NCBI GenBank assembly: GCA_963727455.1
Contig: CAVSGG010000012.1
Coordinates: forward strand, 1 to 64,000
DNA: 64,000 bases
DNA from: Candidatus Krumholzibacteriota bacterium
GTDB lineage: Bacteria; Krumholzibacteriota; Krumholzibacteriia; JAJRXK01
Direction: 5' to 3'
The notes under the pieces were generated by a model that saw nothing but the letters and a program-made list of their open reading frames with translations, was not told the DNA's origin and did not search any database. Made by a program: the position numbers and the translations under genes. Below are positions 1 to 10,617 of the stretch, piece after piece; within the stretch, counting starts at the first letter, position 1, and each line of letters begins with the position of its first letter.

Positions 1-2320
1 CGCAGGCAGCGACGCCACCGATCCCTACACCGTTACGGTTTCCGGCACGCAACAGGTGGGCGACATCCACGTGAACCGGGGCACCGTGACCTTCCAGGGC
101 GGCACACTCAATCTGACTGCGGCCAACAACAACAACAATACCAACCGCCTGTTGTCAGCCGGCCATGACGACCCGAACGCCGTTGCCGCCTTCAACACCG
201 TCCTCACCGGGGCCTACGGCATCAGCCGCTACCAGCGCGGCACGATCATCTTCGGCGCGACCAACACCTACACCGGCCCGACCGTCATCGAAGGCGGCAT
301 CCTTAAACTTGGCGCGCCCAACGTCATCCCGGCCGCCAGCATGCTGGTGCTCTCCAACAACAACGGCCGCACCGACGTGGCCGACATGGGCCTGACCGAC
401 ACTCCCGCCACCCTCGACACTGGCGGCTTCCGGCAGCAACTCGGGCCGCTGCAGTTGGCCGGCCCCAGCGCCAACTGCCCCCGAACCATTGACTTCGGCA
501 ACGGCGCCTCGGCCCTGGCCTTTGCCGACAGCAGCGGCCAGAGCTGGGTTTCCAGCGAGGGCGTGGACATTTTCCTCCTCATCACCAACTACAGCCTGGG
601 CGTTGACTCGCTCCGCTTCGGCGCCAACAGCAGCGGTCTGACCGCCCGGCAACTGGGCCTGCTCCGCTTCCTCGACCACGGCGGCGCTCCCGGCGTCATT
701 AATCCGGGCGGCTTTGTCACCCCCCTCAGCTACGCGCTCACCGCCGCCCCGGCCAGCTCCCAGGTGTATCCGCGCGACCCTCAGACCGGGCGTGCCACCG
801 TCGCTTGCCGCGGTACCGTTTGGAACCAAACCTACGATTCCCTGCTCCTGCAGGTCTCTCGCAACGGCGCTCCTTATACGAATGTTACTCAGGCACTCGT
901 CTTCTCCGAAAACGGAGCCTCGTTCGACATCAGCGCCTCCATCCCGGCCGAGTTGGCCAATTACAGCTTCATCCTCTACCTCCGCTCCGGAGCCAGCTCC
1001 TACCAGATCGCCTTCGCCGTCAACGTCGTCGCCGGTGACGCCTACCTCATTAACGGCCAATCCAACGCCGAGGCCGTCAGCTACTCCGGCAGCGCCAGCG
1101 CCAACGTGCACGCCTTCCTCCGCTCGTTTGGCGCTCCCGCCGCTTCCGCCGCCGGCACCACCGGCGACCTCGCGTGGCACCCGGCTGTCGGCGACACCCG
1201 TTACGCATCTGGCATGGTCGGACAGTGGGGACTCAAGTTCGGCCGCCTGCTCCTGGACACCTACCAAATCCCCATCGCCATCATCAACGCCGCCGAGCCC
1301 GGCCAGCCCATTACCTATTTTCAGCGCAACGATGCCCTCCCCGCCGACCTCAACACCAACTACGGCCGCCTCCTCTACCGCGTGCAGCGCGCCGGCCTCA
1401 CCAACGGCATCCGCGCCATCCTCTGGTACCAGGGCGAGTCGGATTACAAGACCAGCGCGGCCCAGCACGAATCGGGATTTCTGGAGGTCTACAATCATTG
1501 GCTGGGGGACTACCCGGGCGTCAAGCGGGTCTATGTCCACCAGGTCCGCAGGTCCCTGTGCTCGGCTGGTGGACCGACGGCCTCGATTTGCGCAACCGGC
1601 AAAGGCTCTTCCAGCACAACTACGGCAACATCTCCGTCATGTCCACGACCGGCATTGATGCCTACGGTCTGGGTGCCTGGCACTACGCCTATACCGGCGG
1701 CTACGAGTTGATCGGCATTCACATCTTCAACCTCGTCGCCCGCGACCTCTACGGCCGGCAGGCCAGCAACGTCGAAGCGCCCGATGTCCTCTACGCCTGC
1801 TTCAACAACGCCGCCCATGACGAGATCGCCCTCGTCATGCGCAACACCTCCGACACGCTGGTCTGGGGCGCAGGCTCGCAGGCCGACTTCGCCGTCAACG
1901 GCGTCGCTGGGGCGCCCGTCGGCGGCGCCGCCTAAATAACGCCGCCATCCTCAGTTCAGCTCCCCCGTCAGCTACGGCGCCACCGTCAGCTACGCCGGCC
2001 ACGCGGCCACTGTTGCCCTTGGGTCGCCAACGCTGCTGGCGTCGGCCTCCTTGCCTTCTACAACCTGCCTGTCACTGCTCCCCAGACACTTTCTTCGCCC
2101 AAACTGACCGTGAGCCCGTCCACCCCTCAAAACCTCGCCCTCTCCTTCCCGACCGTCCAGGGCCGGTTCTACTCAGTCGAGTATTGCACGAACCTCGCCG
2201 CCCCCAACTGGCAGCCCTTGCCCAGTTGCACCAGCCTGGGGCACCGGCTCCCCCATTCAGCTCACCGTCACGCCCTCCGGCACCGCGCGCCTCTACCGCC
2301 TCCGCATCACCTCCTACTGA
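1..2320 (+). CDS. Secreted multidomain protein (5' partial, frameshifted): autotransporter-associated beta-strand repeat + sialate O-acetylesterase/SGNH domain + Verrucomicrobia-type C-terminal domain
   Basis: Frame is open from the window start. Motifs GATNTYTGPTVIEGGILKLG (passenger-associated repeat), GDAYLINGQSNA and ILWYQGESD (SASA-type esterase). Continues in other frames after ~1565 (WHYAYTGGYELIG) and ends LSFPTVQGRFYSVEYCTNL...RLYRLRITSY* at 2320. Confidence 0.7.
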
Positions 2321-2332
2321 CGCCCCACGCCG

Positions 2333-2364
2333 CAATTGGCATTTGGCAATTGACGATTGGCAAT
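2333..2364. repeat. Degenerate 7-bp tandem repeat (CAATTGG-like), intergenic
   Basis: caattgg catttgg caattga cgattgg caat. Confidence 0.7.
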
Positions 2365-2394
2365 CCCTCCCCCCCGCTCTGTTCTCATATTCCC

Positions 2395-3566
2395 ATGCGA
2401 GCACAGAATCCGTCCCCAGACCCCAACCACCGCTCTGGCTGCCGCCCTCCTGGCAGCCCTGCTGCTTCCCATCGCCGCCAACAGTGCTCCCGCGCCCAAA
2501 ACCGCGTCGTTCTCGACATCGAATCCTCCAAAGACAACCCCCGCAACTCTGAGGGCGCCTTCGTTACCCTCAAGTCCGGCCGCATCCTCTTCCTCTATTC
2601 CCAATTCATTGGCGGCGGCGCCGAGCAAGCCCCGCCCGCATTGTTGCCATCAGCTCTGACGACGCGGGGCGGACCTGGGACCGCCAGCCGTGCGTGGTGG
2701 TGGAGAACACCGGCCACCAGAACGTCATGAGCGTCTCGCTGCTGCGGCTCCGAAGCGGCAGGATCGCCTCTTCCACCTCATCAAAAACAGTCTGCACGAT
2801 TGCCGGCCCTGGATGCAGCTTTCCACCGACGAAGCCCGGAGAAACGTGGTTCGCTCCCGCACTGGTGGTGGATGCCCCCGGCTACTTCGTGCTCAACAAC
2901 GATCGCGTCATCCAGCTCAACACCGGCGGCGGCTGATTGTGCCGGCTGCCTTCCATCGCGCCCGCCGGTCTGACCCGCAGGACCGGCACTCCTTCGATAG
3001 CCGCGCCCTGGCGCTCTGGTATCTATCCGACGACGAGGGCCGGACCTGGCGCGAGGCCAACGAATGGTGGGCCGCGCCGCTACCGAGCCGCAGCGGCCTT
3101 CAGGAACCGGGGGTAGTCGAAGCTCGCCAATGGCAACGTCCTCACGTGGGCGCGAACCGATCTCGGCGCACAATGGGGCTGCGTTTCCACCAACGCCGGT
3201 CTTTCCTGGCCGCCGCTGGCCGCCACCGCCCTCAAGTCGCCCCTTTCACCCGCGAGCATCAAACGCCTGCCCGGCTCCGCCGATTTGCTCGCCGTCTTCA
3301 ACGACCACTCCGGCGCTTTCCCGTTCCCGAAGGGCAAACGCACCCCGCTGGTCGCCGCCCTTTCCTCCGACGACGGCCAGACCTGGCCCCAGCGCAGGAT
3401 TCTGGAAGACGACCCGAGTGGCGTCTACTGCTACACCGCAATTCATTTTGTCGATGGCGCGGTCCTGCTGGGCTATTCTGACTGGCGGACCAACGGCCCG
3501 CACCACCTCCGCCTCCGCCGCCTCAGCCTCGATTGGCTGCGCGCCACCCCTCCCACCTCGAACTAA
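2395..3566 (+). CDS. Sialidase/BNR (Asp-box) repeat family protein, frameshifted
   Basis: Asp boxes SDDAGRTW, SDDEGRTW and SSDDGQTW, plus NPRNSEG and GLQEPGVVE, spread over several frames. Confidence 0.75.
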
Positions 3567-3573
3567 GATGGCG

Positions 3574-3603
3574 TTGAATGTCACGCAGGTTCGTACATAC
3601 TAT
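3574..3603 (+). promoter_or_regulatory. Candidate sigma70 promoter
   Basis: TTGAAT followed 16-18 nt later by CATACT/TACTAT, just upstream of ATG 3614. Confidence 0.35.
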
Positions 3604-3613
3604 AGCCAGCAAC

Positions 3614-4377
3614 ATGAACGACTCCGCTGACCTGCGCAGAATCCTGAAGACCTGGCCCTACGACCCGGAAAACGATGTCCGCGCGGTCCGCGGCGACGAC
3701 GGTCGTGAGATTCTTCAGGTGCGCACGCCGCTGGGCGTCGAACAATATGAAATGGACGGCCGGCCCGACGGCCTCCGCCCCCACGGCATGGATTCCGCCC
3801 TGGACTTCTACGCGCAGCGGCTTAACCAGGCCAAGTTCTCCGGGCGCGAGTCCGACTTCGAGCTCAGCCCGCAGGAATGCGGCGAGCTGTTCCACGAAGG
3901 CACGCTCTTCTACTTCCGCTACGTCCGCCTCTTTCAACTCAAGGATTGGCCTCGCACCATCCGCGACACCGCGCGTAACCTCCGCGCCTTCGATTTCCTG
4001 CACCGTTACGCCCGGCGCGAGGAGGACCAGCAGTTCCTGGAGAAGTGGCGCCCCTACATCCTGCGCGTCAATGCCTGCGCCTCCGTCATGCAGGCGATGG
4101 AGAAACACACTTACGAAGAAGCCCTCAAGATTGCCCGGGAGGCCATCCGCAAGATCGAAACCCTCGAGGAGCTGGAGGACGACACCTTCAAGTTCGAGCG
4201 CGAGCGCTCGATCCTGGCCTTGCGCGAGCTCGAGTCCCAAATCCAGAAGAACCGCCCCCTTTCCGAGCTCGAGCAGTTGGAGCACCAGCGCGCCGCGCTA
4301 TTGACCGGCAGGAGTTCGAGCGCGCCGCCCAGTTGCGCGACCGCATCCGCCTACTGCGTCAGCAGTACATCTGCTGA
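3614..4377 (+). CDS. UvrB/UvrC (UVR) motif-containing protein, one frameshift near the 3' end
   Basis: ORF 3578..4525 shifts at ~4290 into RRAIDRQEFERAAQLRDRIRLL (UVR motif). N-terminal ...LQVRTPLGVEQYEMDGRPDG is typical of this PVC family. Confidence 0.75.
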
Positions 4378-4388
4378 ACCATCCAGGG

Positions 4389-4457
4389 GGGCGAGCGTCC
4401 GCGCGAGCCCTGACTTCTGTGTTCCGCAGGTGGCTGGACTCGCGCGAACGCTCGCCC
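4389..4457. repeat. REP-like inverted repeat, copy 1
   Basis: gggcgagcgtccgcgcgagccc ... ggactcgcgcgaacgctcgccc (20/22 complementary), between convergent genes. Confidence 0.85.
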
Positions 4458-4466
4458 AAGCAACGT

Positions 4467-5129
4467 TCACTTCGCCAATGTGTGCCCGGGAATGTTGCAA
4501 ATCGGCGCCAGGCCGACCGGGTTAAGCGTATACACCCCGCCCGCCGGGCAAACCGGCACCGCGTTGCCTTTTAGATAAGGCGTGATATCCGCCGCGGTGA
4601 GCAAAGCGCCTCGCTGCTTCTGCTTCTCCACGGCCCACTGTTGTTTGGCGCCATCAATCAGCCGGAGGTTGTTGATGCAGGCAGCGGCTTGGGCCTGTTC
4701 GGGGGTCACGTCCTTCAGTCCGTAGCGTGCCTTAAAGGCTGCCACGGCCGCGGCATCTGCCGGGGCCGGAGCGGCTGGCTGCCCCGGCTTTGCGCGCAGC
4801 GCCTGCACTTGCTCCTGGGCGCCCTGAACTTGCGCCTGGACCGTCTGGACCTGGGTGGCGAGTTGCTGTTTCTCCCGGCGCAACTGGCCTGCCTCGTTGC
4901 GCAGCCGCAGCAGCTCCTCGTGGTCCCGGCGCAGCCGCGCCAACTCGTCACTCTCCGACTGGGCGCGCGCATTCTTCAGTTGTTCCAGCTCGGCGCGCGC
5001 CTGCTGCAACTGCTGGCTCTCCTCGCGCAAGGCCGCCAGTTGGGCATCCTTCTTCTGCCCGGCGGAATAAACCCAGCCCAGCCCGATCCCCAAACCCACG
5101 ACACATATCCACGGCAGTAACACTTTCAT
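4467..5129 (-). CDS. Membrane-anchored coiled-coil protein with C-terminal pilin-like head
   Basis: N-terminal hydrophobic segment, Q/E/R-rich coiled coil, then ACINNLRLIDGAKQQWA...CPAGGVY...CNIPGH. Confidence 0.65.
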   Translation of the reverse strand: MKVLLPWICVVGLGIGLGWVYSAGQKKDAQLAALREESQQLQQARAELEQLKNARAQSESDELARLRRDHEELLRLRNEAGQLRREKQQLATQVQTVQAQVQGAQEQVQALRAKPGQPAAPAPADAAAVAAFKARYGLKDVTPEQAQAAACINNLRLIDGAKQQWAVEKQKQRGALLTAADITPYLKGNAVPVCPAGGVYTLNPVGLAPICNIPGHTLAK

Positions 5130-5152
5130 CGCTTAATACCTTTCTTCGCTCC

Positions 5153-5839
5153 TCAGAACGGCACGTCATCCTCGTCCGCCACCGGCGCCATCTCCGCCTC
5201 GGACATCCGCCGGTGCCACTTCCGCAGGCGCGTGTGCGCCCGCGGCACCCGGTAATGGCCCGAGTAGAGGAAATTGCCCAGGATGCCGTAGAGATCGAAG
5301 TCCACGAACCGCGGCCGGTGATCCAGCAGGAACGGCTTGTGCAAGAGCATCTCCTCAAACGGCAGCAGCCGCTGTTCCAGTCGTGCCAGCAGCTCCTTTT
5401 GCTGCGACCGCCACTGCTCCAGGCACCCCCGCCGAACTTGCGTTCCTTGTGCCGCAGAAACGCGACCTGGTCCGCCGCCGGCACCACCTCCCGCCAGTAA
5501 ATGTCATTCAGCCTGAAGGCGGCGCCTTCAACCTCGTTCTCGATGTAGCGCCAGATAATCCCCTGCACACCCTCCAGGTCCCACGGGAACAGCCCAAGCC
5601 CAAGCTTCGCGTCCAGGTACTTGGCGATCACCTGCGAATCCTCGTTCACCTCGAAGATCACCGACTTCCCGTCCCGCACAATCGGCACTCCGTAATACCG
5701 TTTCCTCGTCAATCGCCACACCAGTGAACGGTCGCCGCTCGGAATGTTGGTGATCTTGAACCTCGTCCCGGCAAACTCGAGGATGCGCCGCTGGACGATG
5801 CAGTAACGGACTCCAGGGAAACTGAATGAGTTCAATCAT
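5153..5839 (-). CDS. Glutathione S-transferase family protein, frameshifted
   Basis: MIELIQFPWSP(Y)C, YGVPIVRDG, DSQVIAKYLD, PFLLDHRPRFVDFDLYG across three frames. Confidence 0.75.
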
Positions 5840-5942
5840 GTTCCGTGTCTCACTTCACTCCAGCTACTCTAAGACGGCTGCCGCCCGGCGACAAGACGGA
5901 AACTAGAGCCCGTCGGAGACCGACACGCTCCCTTTCCTTTTG

Positions 5943-7452
5943 TTACTTCCGCGCCAGCCGCCCAGGCTCGCGGGCGCCTTTGCCCGTCACCTTGGTCAGA
6001 GAATCGCCCAGCTCCCGCCGGGCCTTCCCGGCCTCAGCTTCGAGCCGCTTGACGATGGCGGAGTGCTGCGCGGCCACATCGGTGGTCTCGCTCATGTCGT
6101 TGGCCAGGTCGTAAAGTTCGGCGCGCTCGATCTTGCGCGACTCGTAGGGGACGGGCGTGCCGCCGTGTCCGCCGGGTCGTCCGCCCAGCGTGCGATAGGT
6201 GTGCGGCAGTTGAAGTTTCCAGCGGCCATCGCCGCTGACAACCGCCTGCAAGCTGGTTGAAGCCATAGTAGAACCAGTAGGCGGTCATGCGGGTTCCTTG
6301 CGCCGCGTTTGCCGGAGATAATCGGCCAGACATCCAGGCCGTCAATCGTGTGCTTGGGCAGGTCGGCGTGGATCAGCTTGGCGATGGTGGGAAACAGATC
6401 GATTGTCATCAGCATCTGTTTGCTCTCGGTGCCGGCGGGATTCTTCCCGGCCAGCGCATGACGCACGGCTCGCGCGTGCCGCCTTCCCAGCACGTGCCTT
6501 TGCCCTCGCGCAGAGGATAGGCCGAGCCGGCGTGATCGCCGTAGCTTAGCCAGGGGCCATTGTCCGAGGTGTAGATCACCCAGGTGTTTGTCTTCGACTC
6601 CGGTCCGTTTCGAGCGCGTCCATGACCTGGCCGACGGACCAGTCAATCTCCTCGATCACGTCGCCGTAGAGGCCGCGCTTGGTCTTGCCGCGGAACTTGT
6701 CGCTGACGTGCAGCGGCACGTGCGGCATGTTGTGCGCGAGTAAAGGAGGAACGGCCGATCCTTGTTCTGCTCGATGAACTTCACCGCGTGTTCCGTGTAC
6801 CAGGTGGTGAGCTGGTTCTGGTCGGCGTGCGTGACCTTGGGAATGACGACGTGGTTGCCTTCGATCATGACGGCAGGTCCGGGTAGCGATTCCGCTTCGG
6901 GTCGTCGGGGGGCAGGTTGACGAGGTCCGGGTGGAGCGGCCACATGTCGTTCGAGTAGGGCAGGCCGAAGTATTCGTCGAAACCGTGTTGGAGCGGGAGG
7001 AATTGCTGCGAGTCGCCGAGATGCCACTTGCCGAAGATGGCGGTGGCGTAACCGCGCTGCTTCACCAGTTGCGCCAGGGTCATTTCGTTGCTGCTGATGC
7101 CGACTCTGGAGCCGGGCCCCAGGGCGCCGTGGATGCCGATGCGGTTCGGGTAACAGCCGGTCAGCAGGCCCGCGCGCGAGGCCGAGCAAACCGGCTGCGG
7201 CCACATGGAAGTTGCGGAAGACGCAGCCCTCCGCCGCCAGCCGGTCGAGGTTCGGCGTGCGGAAACCTTTGGCGCCGAACACCCGACGTCGGCATAGCCC
7301 TGGTCGTCGGCGAAGATGATGACGATGTTGGGAGAGCGCGGTAGGTTTCGGCCGCGCGCGCGCCGCCGAGCCGCCCCCGCCAGGAGCCACCGCCAGCGCG
7401 AGGAGTGCAAGGCGACAAGGCTTGCCCGATCGGGAATCTTGAAGCGATTCAT
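5943..7452 (-). CDS. Arylsulfatase (S1 sulfatase), frameshifted
   Basis: [52 protein letters not shown]. Confidence 0.9.
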
Positions 7453-7565
7453 GCGCCCGAGCCTAACGGAGCAGGCGAGGATTTCAAAGCAGGGTAATCT
7501 CTGCCCGCAGACAGCGAAGCAATTCGCTTTCATGATTTCACGCTTGGCTTATCTTCTTGCGCCGT

Positions 7566-8970
7566 ATGTTTGCGCGAATTCGATCCGTTCATTTCGTCGG
7601 CATCTGCGGCACGGCCATGGCGTCGGCCGCCGCGGCGATGAAGGAAAGGGGGTCCAGGTCACCGGCTCGGACCAGAATGTTTATCCGCCGATGTCCACGT
7701 TCCTGGCGGAGCGGCAAGATCGCGGTGATCAACGGCTACGCGGAGCAGAACCTCGCGCACAAGCCCGACCTGGTCGTCATCGGCAACGCCATTTCGCGCG
7801 GCAATCCGGAAGCGGAATACGTGCTCGACCACAAGCTGCGCTATTGCTCGCTGCCGGAGCTGCTGAAGGAGTTCTTCATTCGCGGCAAGCGCTCGCTCGT
7901 CGTCGCCGGCACGCACGGCAAGACGACCACCACCTCGCTGCTGACCTGGGTGTTCGAGCACAACGGGCTGAACCCCAGCTATCTCATCGGCGGCATCCCG
8001 AACAACCTCGGCCAGGGCGCGCGGTTCACCGACAGCGAATGGTTCATCATCGAGGGCGACGAATACGACACCGCGTTCTTCGACAAGCGCAGCAAGTTCG
8101 TCCATTACCTGCCCGAGGTCGCCATCATCAACAACCTCGAGTTCGATCACGCCGACATCTTCGACAGACCTGGCAGCCGATCAAGACAGCCTTCAGCCAC
8201 TTCATCCGGCTCGTGCCGCGCAACGGCCTGCTGCTCGGCAACGGCGACGACGCCAACCTCGCGCCGCTGCTCGAACGTGACGCACTGCCCGGTGAAACGC
8301 TTCGGCCTGGGCGAGCACAACGCCGTCCAGGCCTTCAACGTCCGCTACGGCCCAACGGCGACGCGAGTTTGAGATCCCCAGCTTCAAGTTCCACACTGAA
8401 CCTCGTCGGCGAACTGAACGTGCGCAATGCGCTGGCCGTCGTGGCCGTGCGCCAAGCATTGCGGCCTGACGAACAAGCAGATCCAGTCCGCGTTCGACAC
8501 CTTCAAGGGCATCCGGCGCCGGCATGGAAGTGCGCGGCATCGCGGGCGGCGTGACGGTCATGGACGATTTCGGCCATCACCCGACCGCCATCCGCGAGAC
8601 GCTGCAGCGCGCTGCGCATCAAGTATCCGCACGCAGAAGGTCTGGGCCGTCTTCGAGCCGCGCACCAACACCACGCGCCGCAACGTTTTTCAGACCGAAC
8701 TGGCCGCCGCCTTTGCCGATGCCAACGCCGTGGTCGTCGCCCAGGTGGCGCGGCTGGAGCAGCTCGCCGCCGAGGAACGGCTCGATCCCGAGAAGCTGAT
8801 GCAGGACTTGAAGGCCGCCGGCAAAGACGCGGCCTATCTGCCGGATGTGGATGCCATCGTGGCGCACGTGGCGAAGCACGCGCAGGGCGGCGAAGTCGTC
8901 TGCGTCTTCAGCAACGGCGGCTTCGGCGGCATTCACGGCAAGCTGCTGGAACGCCTTGGGCCGGCGCTGA
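7566..8970 (+). CDS. mpl: UDP-N-acetylmuramate:L-alanyl-gamma-D-glutamyl-meso-diaminopimelate ligase, frameshifted
   Basis: VHFVGICGTAM, GNAISRGNPE, GTHGKTTTT, EGDEYDTAFFDKRSKF, DDFGHHPTAI, FSNGGFGGIH. Confidence 0.9.
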
Positions 8971-8991
8971 ACAGCCTCCGAGCTTCCCGCA

Positions 8992-9019
8992 TTGACGCCG
9001 CTACTCACGGCGCTATGCT
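8992..9019 (+). promoter_or_regulatory. Candidate sigma70 promoter, possibly giving a leaderless mRNA
   Basis: TTGACG-N16-TATGCT, ending 6 nt before ATG 9026; no Shine-Dalgarno sequence. Confidence 0.45.
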
Positions 9020-9025
9020 CGTGGC

Positions 9026-10504
9026 ATGACTCTGGACAGCAACGGACTCACCCTTGGCTGCGATCGCAGAACCTTCCTCAAATCCACCGCCGTGCTCGCC
9101 GGCGCCGCCCTCTGGCCTCTCGGCAGTTTCGGCGCCCCCGCCGGCCTTAACCTCGCCCCGCGCAAGAAGAAGCCCGCCCTCATCCGCGGCGCCTTCTTCT
9201 ATCCGCCGGCGGACATCGTCCTGGCCGGTAAGAACGAGGATGGGTGGAGCAAGCACGAATGGTTCACCTGGCCGGGCAATCAGTTCGAGCCGGAACAGCA
9301 GCAGAAGAAGTATCTCGCCCAGCTCCGCGGACTGACCGCCGAGCTCGATCTCACGCTCGCTCTTGAGGACAAGCCCATCTACACCGATGCCGCCATTCGG
9401 GCCTTCATCGCCAGCCTCGAGACCAGCAAGCCCGACGCGCTGCTCCTCTTCAACTTCTGGAACAGCTTCAGCGCCAAGCTCCGCCCCATCCTCGACGCCT
9501 GGAAAGGCCCCATCATCCTTTACCATCCTGTCGGTGCCAATCACCAGCTACCCCCTGAATACTTCCGCACCGCCCCGCGCTGCCAATACATCCACTCCAT
9601 CGAGAACTGGGACGCGCTGGAGCGCGGCCTGCGCGCCGTCCACGCCATGAACCGCATGGCCCAGAGCCGCCTGCTGCGCGTGGCCAGCCAGTTCAAGGAG
9701 CAAAAGGACAGCACCGAACCGTTCTTCGGCTCGGCCATTCGCGGCGTGCCCGCCGACGAGTTCAACAACCTCTTTGACGAGACCAAGCTGTCCCGGGAAA
9801 TGGAGCGTCTGGCCAAGTCCGTCCGCTCCCACGCGCGCCACGTCACTGACTTGAGCAAGACCGCTTTCGAGGACGCCGTGCGCTCCCATGCCGCCGTGCA
9901 GGAAATCATGCGGCGCCACGACGCCGACGCCATTACCATCCAGTGCCTCATGCTCAAGCACCGCAAGCCGTGCCTCAGCTTCGCCCTCAACAACGGGAAC
10001 CTGGTCCCCTGCGGCTGCGAAAACGACTTCAACGCCTCCCTGACCCTGATGCTCGGGGCCAACTGCTTCGGCCGCGGCGGCTTCCAGCACAACCCCGAGT
10101 TCGACACCGAGCAGAACCTCTACTTCGGCGCCCACTGCACCTGCGCCACCCGCCTCCACGGCCCGCGCGGGAAGGAGACCCCCTACGACCTGCGCCCGTT
10201 CTTCCACCAGATGCCCAAGACGCTGGCTCTCGACGTCCAATGGCCCCACGACGAGACCGTCACCCTCTGCAAATACCACAGCGGCAAAAAGCTGCTGGAC
10301 GCCTGGCGCGGCCAGCTTGTCTCTTCCCCCGCCTGCCCGCCCACCGGCGGCTGCGCCACGCGTGTCCTCGTCAAGATCCCCGACGTCAACGACGTCTGCA
10401 CCATCTACCCCGGTCCTCACCCCATCCTCTACTGCGGCGACTTCGCCGCCCAGCTCAAGACTCTTGCCCAGCTCTACGAGCTGGAACTGCGGAGCAATTG
10501 TTAG
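9026..10504 (+). CDS. Tat-signal protein, L-fucose/L-arabinose isomerase-like
   Basis: Intact 492-aa ORF. DRRTFLK twin-arginine motif; DAITIQC, PCL, CGCENDF, GAHC, CATR motifs. Confidence 0.6.
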   Translation: MTLDSNGLTLGCDRRTFLKSTAVLAGAALWPLGSFGAPAGLNLAPRKKKPALIRGAFFYPPADIVLAGKNEDGWSKHEWFTWPGNQFEPEQQQKKYLAQLRGLTAELDLTLALEDKPIYTDAAIRAFIASLETSKPDALLLFNFWNSFSAKLRPILDAWKGPIILYHPVGANHQLPPEYFRTAPRCQYIHSIENWDALERGLRAVHAMNRMAQSRLLRVASQFKEQKDSTEPFFGSAIRGVPADEFNNLFDETKLSREMERLAKSVRSHARHVTDLSKTAFEDAVRSHAAVQEIMRRHDADAITIQCLMLKHRKPCLSFALNNGNLVPCGCENDFNASLTLMLGANCFGRGGFQHNPEFDTEQNLYFGAHCTCATRLHGPRGKETPYDLRPFFHQMPKTLALDVQWPHDETVTLCKYHSGKKLLDAWRGQLVSSPACPPTGGCATRVLVKIPDVNDVCTIYPGPHPILYCGDFAAQLKTLAQLYELELRSNC

Positions 10505-10505
10505 A

Positions 10506-10584
10506 GGGAGGGCGAGCGTCCTCGCGAGCCCTGATTCTCGCTGATTCCCAAGAAGTTTGGGCTCGCGAGGACGCTCGCCCTCCC
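10506..10584. repeat. REP-like inverted repeat, copy 2 (perfect 26-bp arms)
   Basis: gggagggcgagcgtcctcgcgagccc (10506-10531) and its exact reverse complement (10559-10584). Confidence 0.9.
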
Positions 10585-10617
10585 TGCATTACCTGCTTGA
10601 GTGTCCCCGGTCTCTGC

